A stretch of 64,000 bases of DNA from Candidatus Wolfebacteria bacterium GW2011_GWE2_44_13 (lineage in GTDB: Bacteria; Patescibacteriota; Minisyncoccia; UBA6257; UBA9933): the NCBI GenBank assembly GCA_001000675.1, contig LCHW01000001.1, forward strand, positions 218,294 through 282,293. Direction: 5' to 3'. The translations under genes and the position numbers were made by a program. Each line of letters opens with the position of its first letter. Position 1 is the first letter of the stretch. Of the stretch, positions 63,297 to 64,000 are shown one piece after another. The notes beneath the pieces were generated by a model. The model did no database searches, was not told the origin of the DNA, and saw nothing but the letters and a program-made list of their open reading frames with translations.

Positions 63297-64000
63297 TTAT
63301 TTCTCTATTTGAATTGAATGAATATATTTCTCGTTCGTGAAATATATCGAACTATTTTCTGCGATGTATCGATAATCGGTGAACCCTGTAAGTACGTTGA
63401 ATACGTTAAGCGGTTTCCGATCATCTAATTCCGTTAAGAACAGTTCATTTGGATATTCTACAAACAGGTGGTAGGAATCCGCATACCATTGTATTGAGTG
63501 AATCAATTCTTTTTGCGCAAGTGTAATTGAGATACTGTCGCCCTCTTTTTTGCGAATATCCCCATTAAACTCTTCGATGAATTGAATTGTTATCGTGCCG
63601 TTTTGTTGCACTATTGCGAGCTTCTTTCCATCGGGAGAGAAGGTGAATGATTTTACGCCTTCGGCGATGCGGGTGAGCACCTCTGTTTTTGGGGTAAAGA
63701 GAAACAACCCATTTTTAACATCGGTAAATGCAATTGCGCCTCCACTGCCCGTTGTTCCGATTGCGGTTATGTACGTTGTGGTCGCGATTTGTTTGTTTAA
63801 TCCGTCGAGCGCAGTTTGTGTTTTAAATATAAGATTAAGAGAAGAAACTTCTTGGCGATGTTCCTTGGTTGTTTGCACGCTGATAATCGTCGAGTCTTTC
63901 ATTCCCCATGTTACGACTGATCCTTTTGCTAATGATTCGATACTCTTCTTTTCTGAATCAAAGAGTTTAAAGCCCGCGCTGTCTTCGATAATAAATTGCG
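63297..64000 (-). CDS. PD40/TolB-like beta-propeller repeat protein; 5' end beyond the window
   Basis: FSPDGKKLA-type PD40 repeat. The reading frame stays open upstream of the Met at 63902 through to the window edge. Confidence 0.4.
   Translation of the reverse strand, partial: QFIIEDSAGFKLFDSEKKSIESLAKGSVVTWGMKDSTIISVQTTKEHRQEVSSLNLIFKTQTALDGLNKQIATTTYITAIGTTGSGGAIAFTDVKNGLFLFTPKTEVLTRIAEGVKSFTFSPDGKKLAIVQQNGTITIQFIEEFNGDIRKKEGDSISITLAQKELIHSIQWYADSYHLFVEYPNELFLTELDDRKPLNVFNVLTGFTDYRYIAENSSIYFTNEKYIHSIQIEK

Noticed and set aside
1-64000. Alternative genetic code (UGA = Gly, as in some CPR lineages)
   Set aside because: Long conserved genes (leuS, gyrB, pilB, mraY) read through cleanly with the standard code and terminate at sensible positions. 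No in-frame TGA-dependent extensions are needed.

Overview
This 64-kb window looks like a compact bacterial chromosome of about 45% GC that uses the standard genetic code. Gene density is high and protein genes cover about 85% of the sequence.

The gene content is an inference-level fit to a small-genome Candidate Phyla Radiation (Patescibacteria/Parcubacteria-like) lineage. It combines a complete type IV pilus / DNA-uptake locus with a ComFC gene and a VirD4/TraD-like ATPase, many small secreted or membrane hypothetical proteins, and split-up housekeeping operons.

Recognisable genes include atpC, a response regulator receiver, tRNA-Gln, a MacAB-like adaptor/ATPase/permease efflux trio, greA, fmt, def, leuS, htrA, a KefB-like antiporter, mpg, hsp20, scpB, a D-Ala-D-Ala carboxypeptidase, mraY, tRNA-Gly, gyrB, secE-nusG-rplK, an SDR oxidoreductase, scpA and an M23 peptidase. 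The pilus locus comprises comFC, pilM, pilN, pilO, pilB, pilT, pilC, a pilin, pilD and four minor pilins.

Structure not explained by the genes, in descending order of interest:
- LeuS carries an inserted ASCH (YqfB-like) domain at the start of its CP1 editing domain.
- A conserved 68-80 bp element sits exactly 39 bp upstream of both the VirD4-like ATPase and pilB. A divergent third copy upstream of secE shows a compensatory stem change.
- Next to tRNA-Gly there is an integration scar: a duplicated tRNA 3' end, a GC-rich 250-bp structured element bounded by inverted tRNA-derived ends, and a 19-bp perfect palindrome.
- The ATTCCCGCG-N-CGCGGGAAT palindromic repeat family occurs as singletons and as inverted pairs.
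- One protein fuses a LexA DNA-binding domain to a GIY-YIG nuclease, and a small GIY-YIG gene sits nearby.
- 43-bp perfect direct repeats bracket a CYTH-domain gene.
- An AT-rich two-gene island lies directly downstream of tRNA-Gln.
- Two tandem hairpin repeats lie in the greA leader.

No CRISPR array, rRNA, transposase or integrase gene was seen.
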